Assembly (NCBI GenBank): GCA_964270895.1
Contig: OZ185439.1
DNA: 64,000 nt
Origin: Podarcis filfolensis
Taxonomy: Eukaryota
Reading direction: 5' to 3' (one strand)
A model generated the notes under the pieces. That model searched no databases. It was not told where the DNA came from and worked only from the letters and a program-made list of their open reading frames with translations. Both the position numbers and the translations under genes were made by a program. Shown piece by piece: positions 38,640 through 52,467 of this stretch. Within the stretch, counting starts at the first letter, position 1. Every line of letters starts with the position of its first letter.

Positions 38640-39683
38640 CCTTGTTTCGGTTAGGCTAAGAGTCAAAGGCCAGCTTGGCATGACCTCTAAAATAAAATAA
38701 AAACCTGGCTGCAGAAATGCATGCAACCACTAACTGCAGCCTAAGTGGTTAACCAAGAGGTGACCAGGAAAACACTGGGCCATCTTTAAATTCAAGATCC
38801 AAACAGGAGTTTTTATTGACATTCACTTTTGCAAGTGTGGAATACTATAGAACTAAGAATGGTTACAGCGCAAATACTTTTATGGAGAGTTTTACTGCAG
38901 CAATTACTGAAGTTGTAATATTTCTGAAAATGCTGAAATGTTTAGATTTTCTTAGTTCCTCTGCATAAATAGAGCCTTAATTACAGGTGAAGGGGAGGAA
39001 AATAATTTCAAATACTAAGGGAGTAAAAAGGATAGTTAACCTTGCTGTTGCTGCTACCCTATGCAGAAATCTTTAAATATTTTTTCTGTACTCATCAGGA
39101 AATGCCACAAATAGATCTCCTGTATTGTCAACGTCATATGTCAGTGCTTTCTTGAACCTCCCTAGATTATGTACTAAGGTTTAATCTAAGACTTGAGTAT
39201 GCATTCAGATTACACCAAAGCAGCAAGAAATGTAGAAGATATGCCAAGAATCTAATATCATTTTTTAAAGTAGGTCTCTGGCCATTATTTCTCTTGAGAT
39301 GAGCTTGAAAGCCTGTGTACAGATGACCTAGTGAACCCTCAGGAATAGCAGTTGGGGTATATTTTCTAAAGGTAGGTCTTCTGCAGCCACAAAGCTCCTT
39401 ATCCTTCCCAATGCCCCGAGGCAGCAAGATAAATTGCATGCGACGTAAACTAATCTCTGCAATTTTCCATGCATGTGTCTGTGTGACTGCATCTGGGTCA
39501 TAGAATGTGATTTTCCTTTTTCCACACAGGCAGGGCTGTCCCACCCAAGAGGCTCACCTCAGGTGCTTGATCTAGCCTCTGAGGTACAAGCCACTTGCTG
39601 CTGGCTCCTCTCTGATCTCTTTTCACTCCCCCACCACCTTCAGAGCACCAGGGATGGTGTTGGCTGCAGAAGCAGAGTTGCTG

Positions 39684-40052
39684 TAAGGTAAAGGTAAAGG
39701 TACCCCTGCCCGTACGGGCCAGTCGTGTCCGACTCTAGGGTTGCGCGCTCATCTTGCTCAAGAGGCCGGGAGCCAGCGCTGCCTGGAGACACTTCCGGGT
39801 CACGTGGCCAGCGTGACAAGCTGCATCTGGCGAGCCAGCACCAGCGCCGCACACAGAAACGCCGTTTACCTTCCCGCTATAAAGTGTTACCTATTTATCT
39901 ACTTGCACTTAGGGGTGCTTTCGAACTGCTAGGCGGGCAGGAGCTGGGACCGAACGACGGGAGCTCACACCGCCGCGGGGATTCGAACCGCCGACCTGGT
40001 GATCAGCAAGTCCTAGGCACTGAGGTTTTACCCACAACACCACTCGCGTCCC
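39684..40052 (-). mobile_element. Full-length Sauria SINE, second subfamily
   Basis: Head GGGACGCGAGTGGTG and (ACCTTT)n tail. The 3' region differs from the copy at 32438. No TSD seen. Confidence 0.9.
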
Positions 40053-40122
40053 ATCTAATAAATTGAAAGAAGGCTGTACTCTTATCGCTGGTAATGTTTA
40101 CTATTGGAGTTTAAAAGAGTAA

Positions 40123-40520
40123 TGTTGGGAGCTGGGCTGGATCGGAAGATTGCAGAATGAAATCACAGGGAGATCAGCTTCTAACAGAAGAAGAGGGGAA
40201 CTATTTCCCTGTGTCCCCCCCCCCCCCGCTTCCAGTGTTTCCAGAACCAGACAGGCAGGCAGAGACAGAAGCTGCAAAGTTGAGAGAGGAGCTACCCACT
40301 TTTGAGATAGTAGCTAAGCAACCAGAAGGGAGGGAGCAGCTGGGCAAGACATCAATTGAGATTGGGGGGACCCCCTCCCCCCGTGTCTGGGAACAAAGGA
40401 GACACAGGGCCGGAGGGACATGCCGTTGGCGCGCTTCTTACTGCGGAAGTTGGGAGGAGTCAAGAGTGAGCAACTGTTATCCTTGCAGAGAGTCTGTCTG
40501 TGCTGGCAACATGATACTGT
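40123..40520 (+). mobile_element. Possible LTR fragment
   Basis: Starts TGTTGGG with a purine-rich LTR-like composition. The 3' end and TSD were not identified. Confidence 0.3.
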
Positions 40521-43500
40521 AGTGAAAAGACTATAAATCTACCAGATGCTTGTTAATTCTAATCAGTGAGGTACCAAGGGAGATGGGAACTTCCGTACTT
40601 GAAAAGTAATTAGTTACCAACCCTGAGTAGAGCCAATCCCCTGTGTTTCTGAAGAGTCGCTGGTCTGGGGATGCCTCCTGATTAGAAAGCAGCAAGCCTA
40701 GAATAGGGACACATGCAGGGATGCTACAGGGTATTTCAGGTTCATGTAACACCCTAAGTTTTTGACTTAGCATGTTAGAGTAGACAGGATAGATGAGATA
40801 CATAGGTTCATACATATTTTTATTAGCTGCCCTGTGGCATCTGCAAAGAAGATGGGAAGTAAATTCTAAAATTAACAAAGGCAAATGTCGTAGACTTTGG
40901 AAATAACATGTTCCCCCGCATAGGTCATCTGCACAATTAAAAACACAATGTATTTTAGGGCAGATGCATGTTTTGGTGACATAGGGAGGCCATGAAGGTA
41001 AGCTTTTTGCTCAGGGCCACCACACTAAGCTTTCAGCTCAATGGTGCAACTAAGCTGCTCCAACAGAAGAGTTGCCACTAAGATGTAGTGCTGCCCAGGG
41101 CATGCAGACTTCTAAGCTTCTTTGGACAGAAAATGTGTGCTACCCGTGTGCCAAATTCCCATTGCTGAGTTTAAAATTGCTTAGCTTTCTCTCCCTCTCC
41201 AACCTTCCCTCCTCCTCTCTGTCCAAGTATTAAAATCACTGAATAGACACATTTGAAGTTTCTGCCACCAACATTCTGAATAATGTAAATTTTAAATGCC
41301 TGGCTTGAATAAACAGAGCTGGGCAGGGGAATGGGGGAATGTATTTAACATCCATGTAGGTCTGAATTCAAAAACACTTTATGTTTCCCAAATGCATAAA
41401 GTGCTGGCCGGGGGGGGCATAAATTAACAACTGGTTAGATATAATTTGCATACAAAGAACAAAATCTGATGAATAAAGGGTCCTTCACTCCTCCCCCTCC
41501 CAGATGGAATTTAGTACGAAATAGGGGGTTTCACTAATGCACAATTGGTGTCCAGAATTACAGGCAATCCTTTATATTTGAATTTTAGGCTGCTTTTGCA
41601 GAGACAATCAAATAAGAAGGTAAAAACCAATAAAATCCAAGATTTGTAAAGCAACATAGATATGAAAAAAATGCATACAAAGTAGCACAAAAAAGCCTAC
41701 CTAGTATGAAATATTACTTTTAACCAGTGTTTACTGTAAACCCATCAGACAAACCACAACTCATTCAAATCCAAAGGCCCAGTGAAATAGAACAGGATGG
41801 AATTCAATGATGTGCTGTGGAAAATATTCTGTCTGTGCCAGTGTTGCAACTTGCAATACAGAAACATTTTCTCTCTCCTCCCCCAACGCTATACTGGGAG
41901 TCCTCCCAGCCCCAAGACCATTTCAGGGCTGTACAGGGAGAGGAGGTGGGAGACCCACTGAAACAGGTGGAAGCCTTTGCCCATGGCTTTCACTGACGGG
42001 GCTTGTTAGTTGAATTTCACCCATTACAGCAGATTGAAAGATCTACAGTAGGGTGGTTTGATGCCTGGCCTGGGGGCTGCATGTGGCTCTCGTGGCCTTT
42101 TTGGGCGGCCCTCGGAAACATTTGATGCACCTCCCCCCAGCCCTTGTGCATCTTTCCCAAAGACAGGTAATTGAGGGGCTTTGGAAAGGAGGTGTGAAGG
42201 CTCTGGCTGTGTCTCAGAGTACTTCTGCCTCCTTCCTAAAGCTTAGGTAGCACTTTCATAGCCTGATGCCTCACTTAGCTGGATTTTGAAAAGCAGCATG
42301 AGGGCTGAGGGGAGCATCAAATTTTGGCCTCACTCCCCACCCCACATGACGAGGCAATGTGTGGCCCACAGGCGCCATGTCAAGGTGCACTTGTGGCCCT
42401 TGGTATGAAAAGTTGGGCTGTCCTGGAATCCATTCAGATCTTCAGAGAGAAAGAGAGTCAAACAACTTAGGCTGCAGCTTTCCAAACTATATGTCACAAC
42501 AAGTTAGTGTGTTAGTTACAGTGTGCACGAACACTCCCCACACTCCTTCTGGGGGGCTGGAAAGGGGTTAGCTTAACCTCCAGTTTGCTAGTGAAACTGC
42601 ATTTCTGTTTTGCGAAATAATGCATGTCTAAAAAGTGTTTCACCAACATGAAAAGTTTGTAAAGCTCTAACTTAGGTGGTACTGCCCAAAAGGCCCTGTT
42701 CCATATCTTAACCAACTTCACCTATGAAGATGGGGGGTTATGAGGCAAAACATCAAGTCAGCATGTTTATAGGAGAGAAGACAGTCCTTGCAACAGTATT
42801 ATTATTATTATTATTAGTGCTTTTTTCTGCGGGGATGCAGGGGTACACATACCCCTAAACATTTTGTGAATCTAACAGGAGAAGAAACAGGAGAATAAAT
42901 TTTAAGTTTCTTCTCTAGCATAGTGAATCGTCAGTTCCTTTGCTACCCGTGATGGCGGCCTCATTTCCTGTCACTGTGTTTCCTGAGTCTCAGACAGAAG
43001 TGAGCATTTAATATGTGAAGTAGGAGTTGGAATTTAGCACAGTGATTGGTCAGTTTCATTGTATTTATTTCCCCCCATTTGAATTATAAAATGGTGATTT
43101 TCTTGAGTCAAAATGAGAGTACCCCTAAACATTTTTTTAGGTGGCTTACACATAAAATAGGGACAACTAAAACATAGGGGGAATTATTAAAAAAAAAATT
43201 AAACACACCCACCCACCCTGAGCCCAAACTAGAAAGGGCTTCAGTGACAGTCACACATGTTTTGAAGCCTTGTGGCTGCATACACTGCAACACACATGAC
43301 AAAGCAACAGCGAGGGAAGAATAAATGCATAAAAAGAGCTGGTTAATTACAGTGGGAAGCTGCAGCTATAGCAAGACTAGCAATGTAGACCGGACCAACT
43401 GAAGCAGAGCAAAGCAAATGCATTTTGCATGAAATCCCATCCTGTAGAGAAATGGAATTCTATTATGTGTATCACATATTCCTTTGTGAATAATGCTGTA

Positions 43501-44817
43501 TTAGGAGTGACCGATGGTCACTGAATTTTAAGTGCACATTTTCATAATATTTTTAGCATATGCACAAGTATTTGAAAGATTAAAACCAAGTCTGTCAGAT
43601 AGGCAAGATATCTAGCAAATATATTCATGGATACTGTCCTGTGGCTTTGAGCTGCATGTGGAAATGTGCAGATAAGAATGCTTCCCTATGTCCTCTGATA
43701 GTCAGGGGAATGTTTTGTGCATGTAATACAGGGGACCCCTGTGCATGTCAGAAACATTTTCATTCACAGGAGTGAAGAGGAATGCAGCAGAAGGAGGTAT
43801 TTGGATCTGACACGGACTGTACTCTTTTTCATCCAGATAAATTGGATGTGCCATGGGCACAATCCAGCAAAATAATCATCTTCAAAATAGTGAGTTGCTG
43901 TAAAAGTATGTGTTTTTCTTTCAATGTTTAACCAGGAGGCTGCCATTTTGAATTGTGGCTACCACTTTGAAATTTCCAAGATTTCCCAAGCCTTCTGGAA
44001 GAACCAAAATGGAAGCCACATTGATTCTCTTCCTACCCCCCCCCCATTTTTTTCTCACCCTATCCTGAAATATTGTAGACACAAAACAGGTAATTTTGAG
44101 TGAAATGGCAGAGAAAACACTTGTTTCCCTTACTCCAGTTTCCAGCCTAACCCAATCAATTGTAGGATTACAGACGCCACAAAGAAAAGAAGCAAATAAT
44201 GCAATTTGGTTAAACACAGAAGTGACACAAAACCACTAACTAAACATTTCAAGTAGAAACAAGGGCTTTTACTATCATTTATTCATGGTGACTTAGTATT
44301 AATTAATCTTGCACACACATGCTGAACAAGATTTCTCCTGCCTTGGGCTTCACTATTAGCAGTTCTGGAGCTTTCCATTAAGTGACAAGCACAGAAATCT
44401 GTTGTACAAAGCTAAATAAAATAATATGTTCCTCACAGAGTCATAGCAGACTTCTTGCCAAGAGGAAACACTATGTTGCATTTCTGTATCCTGCTTTATA
44501 TATTCCTCAGATACTGAAGAAAAGGTATGGACTATATAAGGGTCTATTTGCAGGACCCTTTCAGGACTTTTATTAGACTGGACTGGTGACTTTTAGCCAT
44601 GCTGCCATAGACAGTCAGTCATCAGAGAGATGAAAAGGATTCAGCAGAGTTTAGATTTTAGGCAAATGGGTGTTTATTGTTGAATCTGTGCTTGCCGTGC
44701 ATGCAGGCTCCTTTCTTTCATTCATTCTTTTTTGTAGCATTGTCTTCAGTATTAAAATGCCAGACCATATTTCCACTGTTTAATCTGGATTTACATTTTC
44801 TAGGGGAAATGCAATAA

Positions 44818-45335
44818 ATTTGTGGAATGCTTTCCCCAGGGAGGTTCACCTGGTGCCTTCCTTATATACCTTTAGGCACCAGGCAAAAACTTTCCAGTGT
44901 GGTGTAGTGGTTAAGAGAGATAAACTCGTAACCTGGGGAACCGGGTTCGTGTCTCCGCTCTTCCACATGCAGCAGCTGGGTGACCTTGGGCTAATCACAC
45001 TTCTCTGAAGTCTCTCAGCCTCACTCACCTCACAGAGTGTTTGTTGTGGGGGAGGAAGGGAAAGGAGAATGTTAGCCACTTTGAGACTCCTTCAGGTGGT
45101 GATAAAGCGGGATATCAAATCCAAACTCTTCTTCTTCTTCTCTGCTTCCTCTTTAACCAGGGCTTGGCCTGATTGGCATTTGCCTTTTAAAAATGTGTTG
45201 GGCGGGGGTTATTGGGTTGTTCCTTTTTTAAAAAAAAATTGATTATGTATTTTGTGTTTTTATGCTATGATTTTATCCTGTGAACCGCCCTGAGACCTGC
45301 GGGGATAGGGTGACATACAAATTTAATGAATATTA
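44818..45335 (+). mobile_element. L2 3' fragment interrupted by a SINE
   Basis: LWNAFPREVHLVPSLYTFRHQAKTF lies before the SINE and ctctttaaccagg.. after it. Ends with the L2 terminus gtgaaccgccctgagacc. Confidence 0.7.
44893..45140 (+). mobile_element. CORE/MIR-like tRNA SINE (Squam3-like)
   Basis: Reverse complement of 25944-26202; ends in (CTT)n. Confidence 0.85.
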
Positions 45336-48300
45336 ATAATAGAATAAGAAATAATAATAATTTGTAAAACCCCGTTACCACGGTAATAGTAAGAGCTCAC
45401 TTGAAAGCACCCCATTTGTCACTTAGCCGCTATGGACTGAAAAACTGTGATGTGCCAAAAACTAATCCCAGGGGATTGAGCAGTTAAACAGGGGTAACCT
45501 CAATGCCCAAATGGGAGGCTGCCCCCAGACCCCTATGTACATCTCCGAAAGTTCCATGGAAGAAAGGATGGATATAACCCATCCTGAGTGTGATTACAGC
45601 AGCTCTAATAGTGGTGAATGCATTTTATATTCTAAGTTTTTATTCTCTGAATGCTTTATTACTTAGAAGGAGCTTTCAGTGGTGTGGGGTGTTTGTTTGC
45701 ATTCCTCTATGCATAAATCAGTTTAGAGAAGAGCTCCAGCTTGTTCATTAGCTTTAGGTCTAGGGAGTGAGGGAGGGTGGAAGCATCAACTACAGGGTAA
45801 TCTTGTTTGCCAAGTTGGAAACGGAACAAAATAAAAGGCACTTAAGAGCAATTTATACAGATGGCTACACTTTTCAACCAAGACACAAAAATGAGCTTAA
45901 TTGCGGGGTGAACGTTTTCAAACAATCACTATGCTATTTTGCCTTTTATTTGAGTAAGCTTAAAGGGTTAACGCATTTACTAAAGCAAAGTATTTTAATA
46001 CATGCAATATAATTAATAGTAGAAAGAAAGAAATAAAAGCAACTAAAGTGATAGACTGAAATAAAGAACAACTCAGTCCCAACAGCAGGTTTTAGCCACT
46101 TTACCTAAATCAAGTGTATCATAAAGTTGGCATGAAACCATTCTGTTTGAATCAGACACATCTGGCGAATGACAAATGGAAGTAACAAACTACCTTGATA
46201 ATCTATGTAGATTTGCTTTCCACCTGCTTCATATCTTTCTATCCAGCTACTCAGATTTGGAGACGCATCTATCTAAACTTCAGCAACAAAGATCGAACAA
46301 AGATCTGATACAATGCCATCCTTAGCGGGGGCCCCTTTGCAGGAATAAAGGTCACACATTCCTCATTTACAGCAACTGTTGTGTGATTATCACTAGAGCA
46401 ATGGCTACCATTTTCTTCTTTCCTACAAACCACCTGAAAATTGCTGACGGTCTTGGCAGATCACTTAATGATTTTTTCTGCCTGTGGCAGCAATTGTAGT
46501 GCGGCGAGCCAGATGCTTTATGATTTTTTAAGTGTATTTTAATTGCTTATTTTATTTCTTATATCTTGTATTTTACTGAATATACAATATAAGAAACTAA
46601 ATAATCAATAAAATGCAATTAAAAAGTCATATGGATATTTAACATGATGAATATGCTATCTCCCATCTTCAGACACAAATCCACAGATATGCCACAGACC
46701 CCCCAAATGAAGCTCACAGACCACTAGTGGTCCATGGACCACAGCTTGAAATCATCACTAGAGAATTTCTGCCCTCTGCTTCTCCAGCTAGCCACGTGTT
46801 CTAACTTAAAGGTGAGTCACATTAGGAACTGGAATACAGACTTCATGAAGAAATAAACACAAGAGCAATCACTCCAGTGACACAGGAATCAGAAGTACCA
46901 GAGAGTCCACTGAGATTGTTTGGGCTAAAAGGGGCTTCCATGTACCGGTAATTTGGCATAGTGCTCAATAAAGATTCTGAGAGGACATGATTAAAGGGTT
47001 CTCTGGAACAGAATAGTTTTGACATTCAGCATAATTGTTTATTCTAACAGTTTTAAAAGGCAATCATTTATATAAGAGTTGACCATGACTTGGCTATATT
47101 TAGCAGCTGAGCTGGCCAGATTTACTTTTTGACCAGTTAAAACTGAACACCACATTCCCAAGAGACCATGGTATCATGTGCAGTAAAGAAACATGGTAGC
47201 CAAGACTGGGAGCTGCCAGCCAGCTCCTATCAGTTCACGTCAGAATGGCTTTGAATTGGGCTGATATATTTACCAAAGCATTGGTAAAAAGCTCAGCTCG
47301 CTGAGGAACCATTGGGGAAGCTGATGTTTCCATGTGGCTTTGCAGCTTTGAAGAGATGTCCCCAGGAAAACTGGATGAAAAAGCCCATCCCCGCCCCAAA
47401 GGCCCACAGAGGAACCTTGGGGTAAAATATTCTTCCACAGGGTTTGGGATTTTGGCCCCCATTCCTGTTTTCCAAGATGTATTTCTCCAACATAGCCCTC
47501 TAGCAAAGCAACAGAGATGGTTGTCAATGGCTTTGCAAGGGAGCTCAGCTGAAGAGCTACTCTTAGAGAAAGTCCATCTGTATGAGATCCTTGCAGCCCA
47601 AGTATATTTGATAGTGATGGGTTTTTGTCCCCCTCCTAGTTTCACCAAGGGTAGCTCTTCAACGTAGCCTCCTTGCAGAGTCATTGTCAACCATCTTTAT
47701 CCCTTTACTGGGGAGCTGCTTTGAAGAATTATCTTGGGGGGGGGATCATGCTAGTTGCAAAAGCCCCCTCTCCCACTGGGGTATAGGCTTTTGCTTCTAA
47801 CCGCGTATCTTCTTTAAGAAGCTATTTATTCAATAAGCCTTTCCCCCCTCATTTTTTAAAAAAAATCTAAGCTGCAGAAGAATCCCGGGGCTTTGAATTC
47901 TTATCTCTTATTTTGAGGCAAACATTACTGAGCTCTAGTAGCTCATTCCTGGGCCTAACTCTGAAAAAGTTTGCTGGCATCTCTATGAGACAAATGGTGC
48001 TTCCATCCAGGTTAGGGGGCAATGACAATCTAATAAATAAATGAAATTACAAACTTGCAATATAGAAGTCAATAAAAGTATTATTGTGTAGCGGTTTAAA
48101 AAATAGTGCTTTAATTAAATGGTGCTGATTTGCATGACCTACAGTGCTGGTGGTTCATTATTTTCCCTTTCATAATCCCATTCACTGATAACGCATTCAC
48201 TGAAAAATGTTAATAAACTGAAGGTGGATCTGGAACTTTGCTATGGAATCAGAACAAGCAGAGGTCACTGGGACTCTCAGTTTGGCAATCCCATTAGTCT

Positions 48301-48799
48301 TATGAAAAGAAAGTCTATAAAGGACTCCTTCTGAAGTTCTTGAATCTGACAGGGCTTGCGGTATTAAAAGTTCTAGGGCACGCTCTAAAGTATGCTTCCT
48401 TGATGTTGCTTCCACAGCTCAGAAAGAGAAAGAGGAGAGAGCAGTTCGTGCTTCAAGGAAGCAACAGGGAAATGCAGAGAAATACCAAAGAGACGTTTGA
48501 TTGCTAGAACATGTAGTGTGCACTCTGTGGAAATTATAATGTACAGCTCATCTTATGAATAGTGTAGGCCATCCACACTGGGGAACATTTGCTACCTTAC
48601 TTTATAAATTGGTAAACCCTTTTCATCTCTCCAAGGGTTCGTACTAAACTTAAGCCCATCATGGCCGATTCTTTCTCAGGATGTCAATGACAGGCACGTA
48701 ACAGAAAGAGGTTTCCTGTCTGTCCCTACGTTATCAGATTGAAATGCTAATGAAAACTAGACATTTTATTCTATCACACCAGTTCCACATGATTTGCAA

Positions 48800-49302
48800 T
48801 GGCTGCCAATTATTTTTTTGGCCATAATTCAAGGTGCTGGTCTTGTAAAGCCCTATGCGGCCTAGGACCCACATACCTATGGGACCGCCTCTCCTGGTAT
48901 GCCCCGCAGAGGACCGTAAGGTCCACAAATGACAACATTTTGGAGGTCCCAAGTCGCAAGGTGGTTAGATTGGTCTCAACTGGGCCTTTTCAGTACTGGC
49001 CCCGACTTGGTGGAATGCTCTGTCACAAGAGACTAGGGCCCTGTGGGACTTGATATCTTTCCACAGGGCCTGCAAGACAGAGCTGTTTTGCCTGGCCTTT
49101 GGTTTGGACTCAGTTTGACCCTTATGTTCCCTCCCCTTATGGTTTTGATCTATGGGCTACTTTTAAAATAAGGCTGCATTTTAAATTGCATTTTAACCTG
49201 TATTCTAAATTGGTTCCCCCCCCATTATGTTTTTACTGTAATTTTACTGGTGTTAGCACCCCTGAGCCCAGCTCTGGCCGGGGAGGGCAGGGTATAAATA
49301 AA

Positions 49303-49343
<41 letters not shown>
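48800..49343 (+). mobile_element. L2 LINE 3' fragment with (TTA)n tail
   Basis: Remnant FKVLV..KALCGLGPTYLWDRL; 3' UTR; (ATT)n tail. Confidence 0.85.
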
Positions 49344-52088
49344 GTTACTTGGTGCCTGAGCATGTGCCTACTTCTGTAAGTTCCATCCCTGTGCTTTGAT
49401 AATCATGTAGGGCCCTCCTGGAAATCCTTCAACCTTGGAAGCAGGACTGGTGCCAACCATGACTAGCATTTTTTCCATTGTGTCTCATTCTATAGAATGG
49501 CTTCCTAAGTGAGGTCTGTCAGTCCCCATTACTAGACTACTTCAAGGTGACTGATGAAGACTATGCTTTTTAAAAAAGTCCTTTGGATAGTTATACAAAC
49601 TTTGTTGGCTCAGTTTTACGTTACTGGAATTTGTTAAACAGGTTCAATATTGTTAATTTATTATGCCTGTTTGTTTCTGTGTTAGTCTGTTTCTATCACT
49701 ATCTGTTAGATGCAGATAAGCTTTTCCAACTATGAAGCAGTGTTGCTCAGAGCCAGCTCACCCACAGGGCAGATGAGCCTTTAACACCAAGCACTGGCCT
49801 TCCGGGGATCACCAAGCATCCAGCCTCAGAGTTACTGACAAGGATCACAAATAATGCGTTGGCAATGTGAGTCTGCAGTATTGCAGAATGTGTCTCCCTA
49901 TCCCTAAATACAAGCTAGAGACACTTAATTATGAGGCATTTGAGATTATTTCCTTACTTTGTGCCTGCATGGCTTAATTTATAAGCAAAGGCATCTCTTC
50001 TGTTAGACAGCCTGGAAAGCCCTGGGAAAGTCGCGTATACCATACTGGGGCAATCTTCACAAATGTAGATGGTCGGAAGATGCAAGAGGGGGTTTACAAA
50101 CTCATTTCAGTTGATTTGGAATTTTAAAGATTGTCTCATGAAAAACAACATGCAGTGAATGTTGCACCCTTTCCAGGACATCTTTGTTAGTATTCCTCCT
50201 GCTCTAAGGTTCTAGTACGGTTTCTATCAGGCTCTGTCCACCTATGTATTTATTTGATGGGTGGATTCTTATCTCTTGAGTAGTGGGCAAAGGGGTGGCA
50301 AGTTTATGCCACAAATCTGATCCACTTTTATTATACAGACAACAGTGGCGGAATCTGGGCTTTCAAATTTCAGTGCCCCCACTCTCTTGCCTTCCGTTCT
50401 AAGTCACTGTTCCGGTGCCCCCTCGGCTTGGCACCTGGTGTGAGCGAACCAATCACGCTCCCGTAAATCTGCCTCTGTGTACAAAGAATGAACGGGGCCA
50501 TTGTATGGTTGCCTGGGAAATGAGCTGCCTCTATACATCCTGACAGTAGTGAAATTCTATTGTTGCTATGGAACCACCCCACCCTTAACAACAAGAAGAT
50601 GCTAGGAAGTGGTGACAGCAGAAAGGGGAATCACAATCAAGAGCAAAAGGGTTAAAGCCAAGGGCTCAACATCATCTTATCTTATTTTTAAAGGGCTAAA
50701 TTATTAGATGCTGACCAATAAATTTTAAAGAGGCAGCTCCCTGCCTGAAAGACTTTAAAACAGACTGACGTGGGCAGAGAAATGGGTGGGGAAGGTGAAA
50801 TGCATCACACACAAAAGATCACTTGTGGGCTGGGTGCTCTGTGTAAATGCTGATATACGTGATTATTTATCCTCAATAAAACAAAGAAGGGAAGATCATG
50901 TTAACAGGGGTCTTACTTGACTCGGTTTTCAACCTTGACATAAACAAACATGAAAACTTGGGAATTAAGGTCCAAATTCTGACAACACTCCAAATCACCA
51001 GACAATAGATATGATTATATAAACAGACACACTCTGTGTGTGCAATCAAGGAACAGAGTTAAACAGACGTACCTAAAATATTCATAAAAAACTGCAAATG
51101 TAAAAGCTTATCTGACAAAGGCTTTAATTTGAAATGCCTTTGAATTTGCAGACAGCCTACTTTTCTATGTGTCCTACTTTGTTTGTTTTTAGCATGGCAC
51201 TTAATTATTACCAGAAGGGTGCTCCTGAACCTGGGCCCTAGAATATGTATGTAGTTGCGAACTCCACACACTTATCCTTGCAAACAAGCAGCAACATGGG
51301 AATCCAGATCATCTCTAATTAAATTCAGGCACACACAGGGCTGGGCTACACAGCTGATGCCATGGCTCCAGGAAGGCAGAGTGGACAAGCGATGCCCATA
51401 GTTGGGTCAGCCCTAAGTGGTGCGTTGGGAAAAGCGCTGGACTCAGATGGAGGAGATTCAGATTGCATTTCCACTCAGCCTTGGTGGTCTTCTCTCAGAT
51501 TGCTGTATTATAGGGTTGTGATGAGAATAAAAGGGAAAGGAATCATGTAATAGTGGGAAGAGGGCATTGTAGTCCAGTCGAACATTCTTTGAGGGGGCAG
51601 GATAGTAATATGGGGGGAGAGGGGTTAGCAAACTAACACTGGGAGGAAATCTCGAAAGATGACTGGTTTTCAGATGAGTGGGTGTGACTGGCAGCTATGA
51701 TTTGATGTCCTAAATCTCACAATTTCTGAAAGAAACCTAATTCAGATGTGTGTTCCTTACAAGCCTGGGGAAGCTCAAAGTAGCAAACAGCTGTTCTGTT
51801 CTATGTGTAATTATAATGCTTGGGGAACTGGAAATCCATTCAAAAAAGCAACAGCAATATGCATTAGCACAAGAAACACACAGCAGGACTCTATGCCTGG
51901 CACTGGATGAATCAGATGAGAGTTTGGCATCCAAATGGCAATAATCATATAATGTTTGAAAGTACCTTACAGAAATGAATGCCAGAAAACGCCTTCCAGA
52001 TAAAACATGCTAAAGGTTTTCTAGGCACAAAGGAAGCTGCCTTATTCAGTCAAGACTGTTGGTTCATCTAGCTCAGTAGTGTCTGTAT

Positions 52089-52211
52089 CAGGCTTCCTCA
52101 ACCTCGGCCCTCCACATGTTTTTGGCCTACAACTCCCATGATCCCTAGCTAGCAGAACCAGTGGTCAGGGATGATGGGAATTGTAGTCTCAAGCCAAGGT
52201 TGAGGAAGCTT
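52089..52211. mobile_element. Palindromic hAT-type MITE
   Basis: caggcttcctcaacct..ctacaactcccatgatccct..aggttgaggaagc. Confidence 0.7.
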
Positions 52212-52278
52212 CCACAGATTCAGACAGAAATCTGTCCCAAACCTACATGAATTGAACTTGGGATGTTTTTGTTGTTGT

Positions 52279-52283
<5 letters not shown>

Positions 52284-52314
<31 letters not shown>
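52284..52314. repeat. (GT)n microsatellite
   Basis: Seen directly. Confidence 0.9.
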
Positions 52315-52320
<6 letters not shown>

Positions 52321-52321
52321 C

Positions 52322-52467
52322 GGATGTCACTGTGGTCTAAACCACTGCACCTCTTGGGCTTGATGATTGGAAGGTCGGCGGTTTGAATCCATGCAATGGG
52401 GTGAGCTCCCATTGCTCTGCTCCAGGTCCTGCCAACCTAGCAGTTCAAAAGCACGCCAGTGCAAGTA
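52322..52467 (+). mobile_element. 5' half of a Sauria SINE, cut by a Tc2-like MITE
   Basis: Reverse complement of the head and body of 32438-32793, up to ..gtgcaagta. Confidence 0.7.

Larger units (their letters stand above)
37021..38774 (+). mobile_element. Probable solo LTR (outer), interrupted by a second LTR and an L1 fragment
   Basis: TGTT...AACA termini and AATAAA near 38690. About 560 bp remains after removing the two TSD-flanked insertions. No TSD was found for the outer element. Confidence 0.5.

Noticed and set aside
44893-44965. tRNA gene (also 16223-16327 and 39990-40052)
   Set aside because: The A and B boxes are followed by SINE bodies and tails rather than a full cloverleaf, so these are SINE heads.
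47235-47690. Four overlapping ORFs of up to 151 aa
   Set aside because: No recognisable motif or splice logic; consistent with chance in moderately GC-rich DNA. A BLASTx search would settle it.
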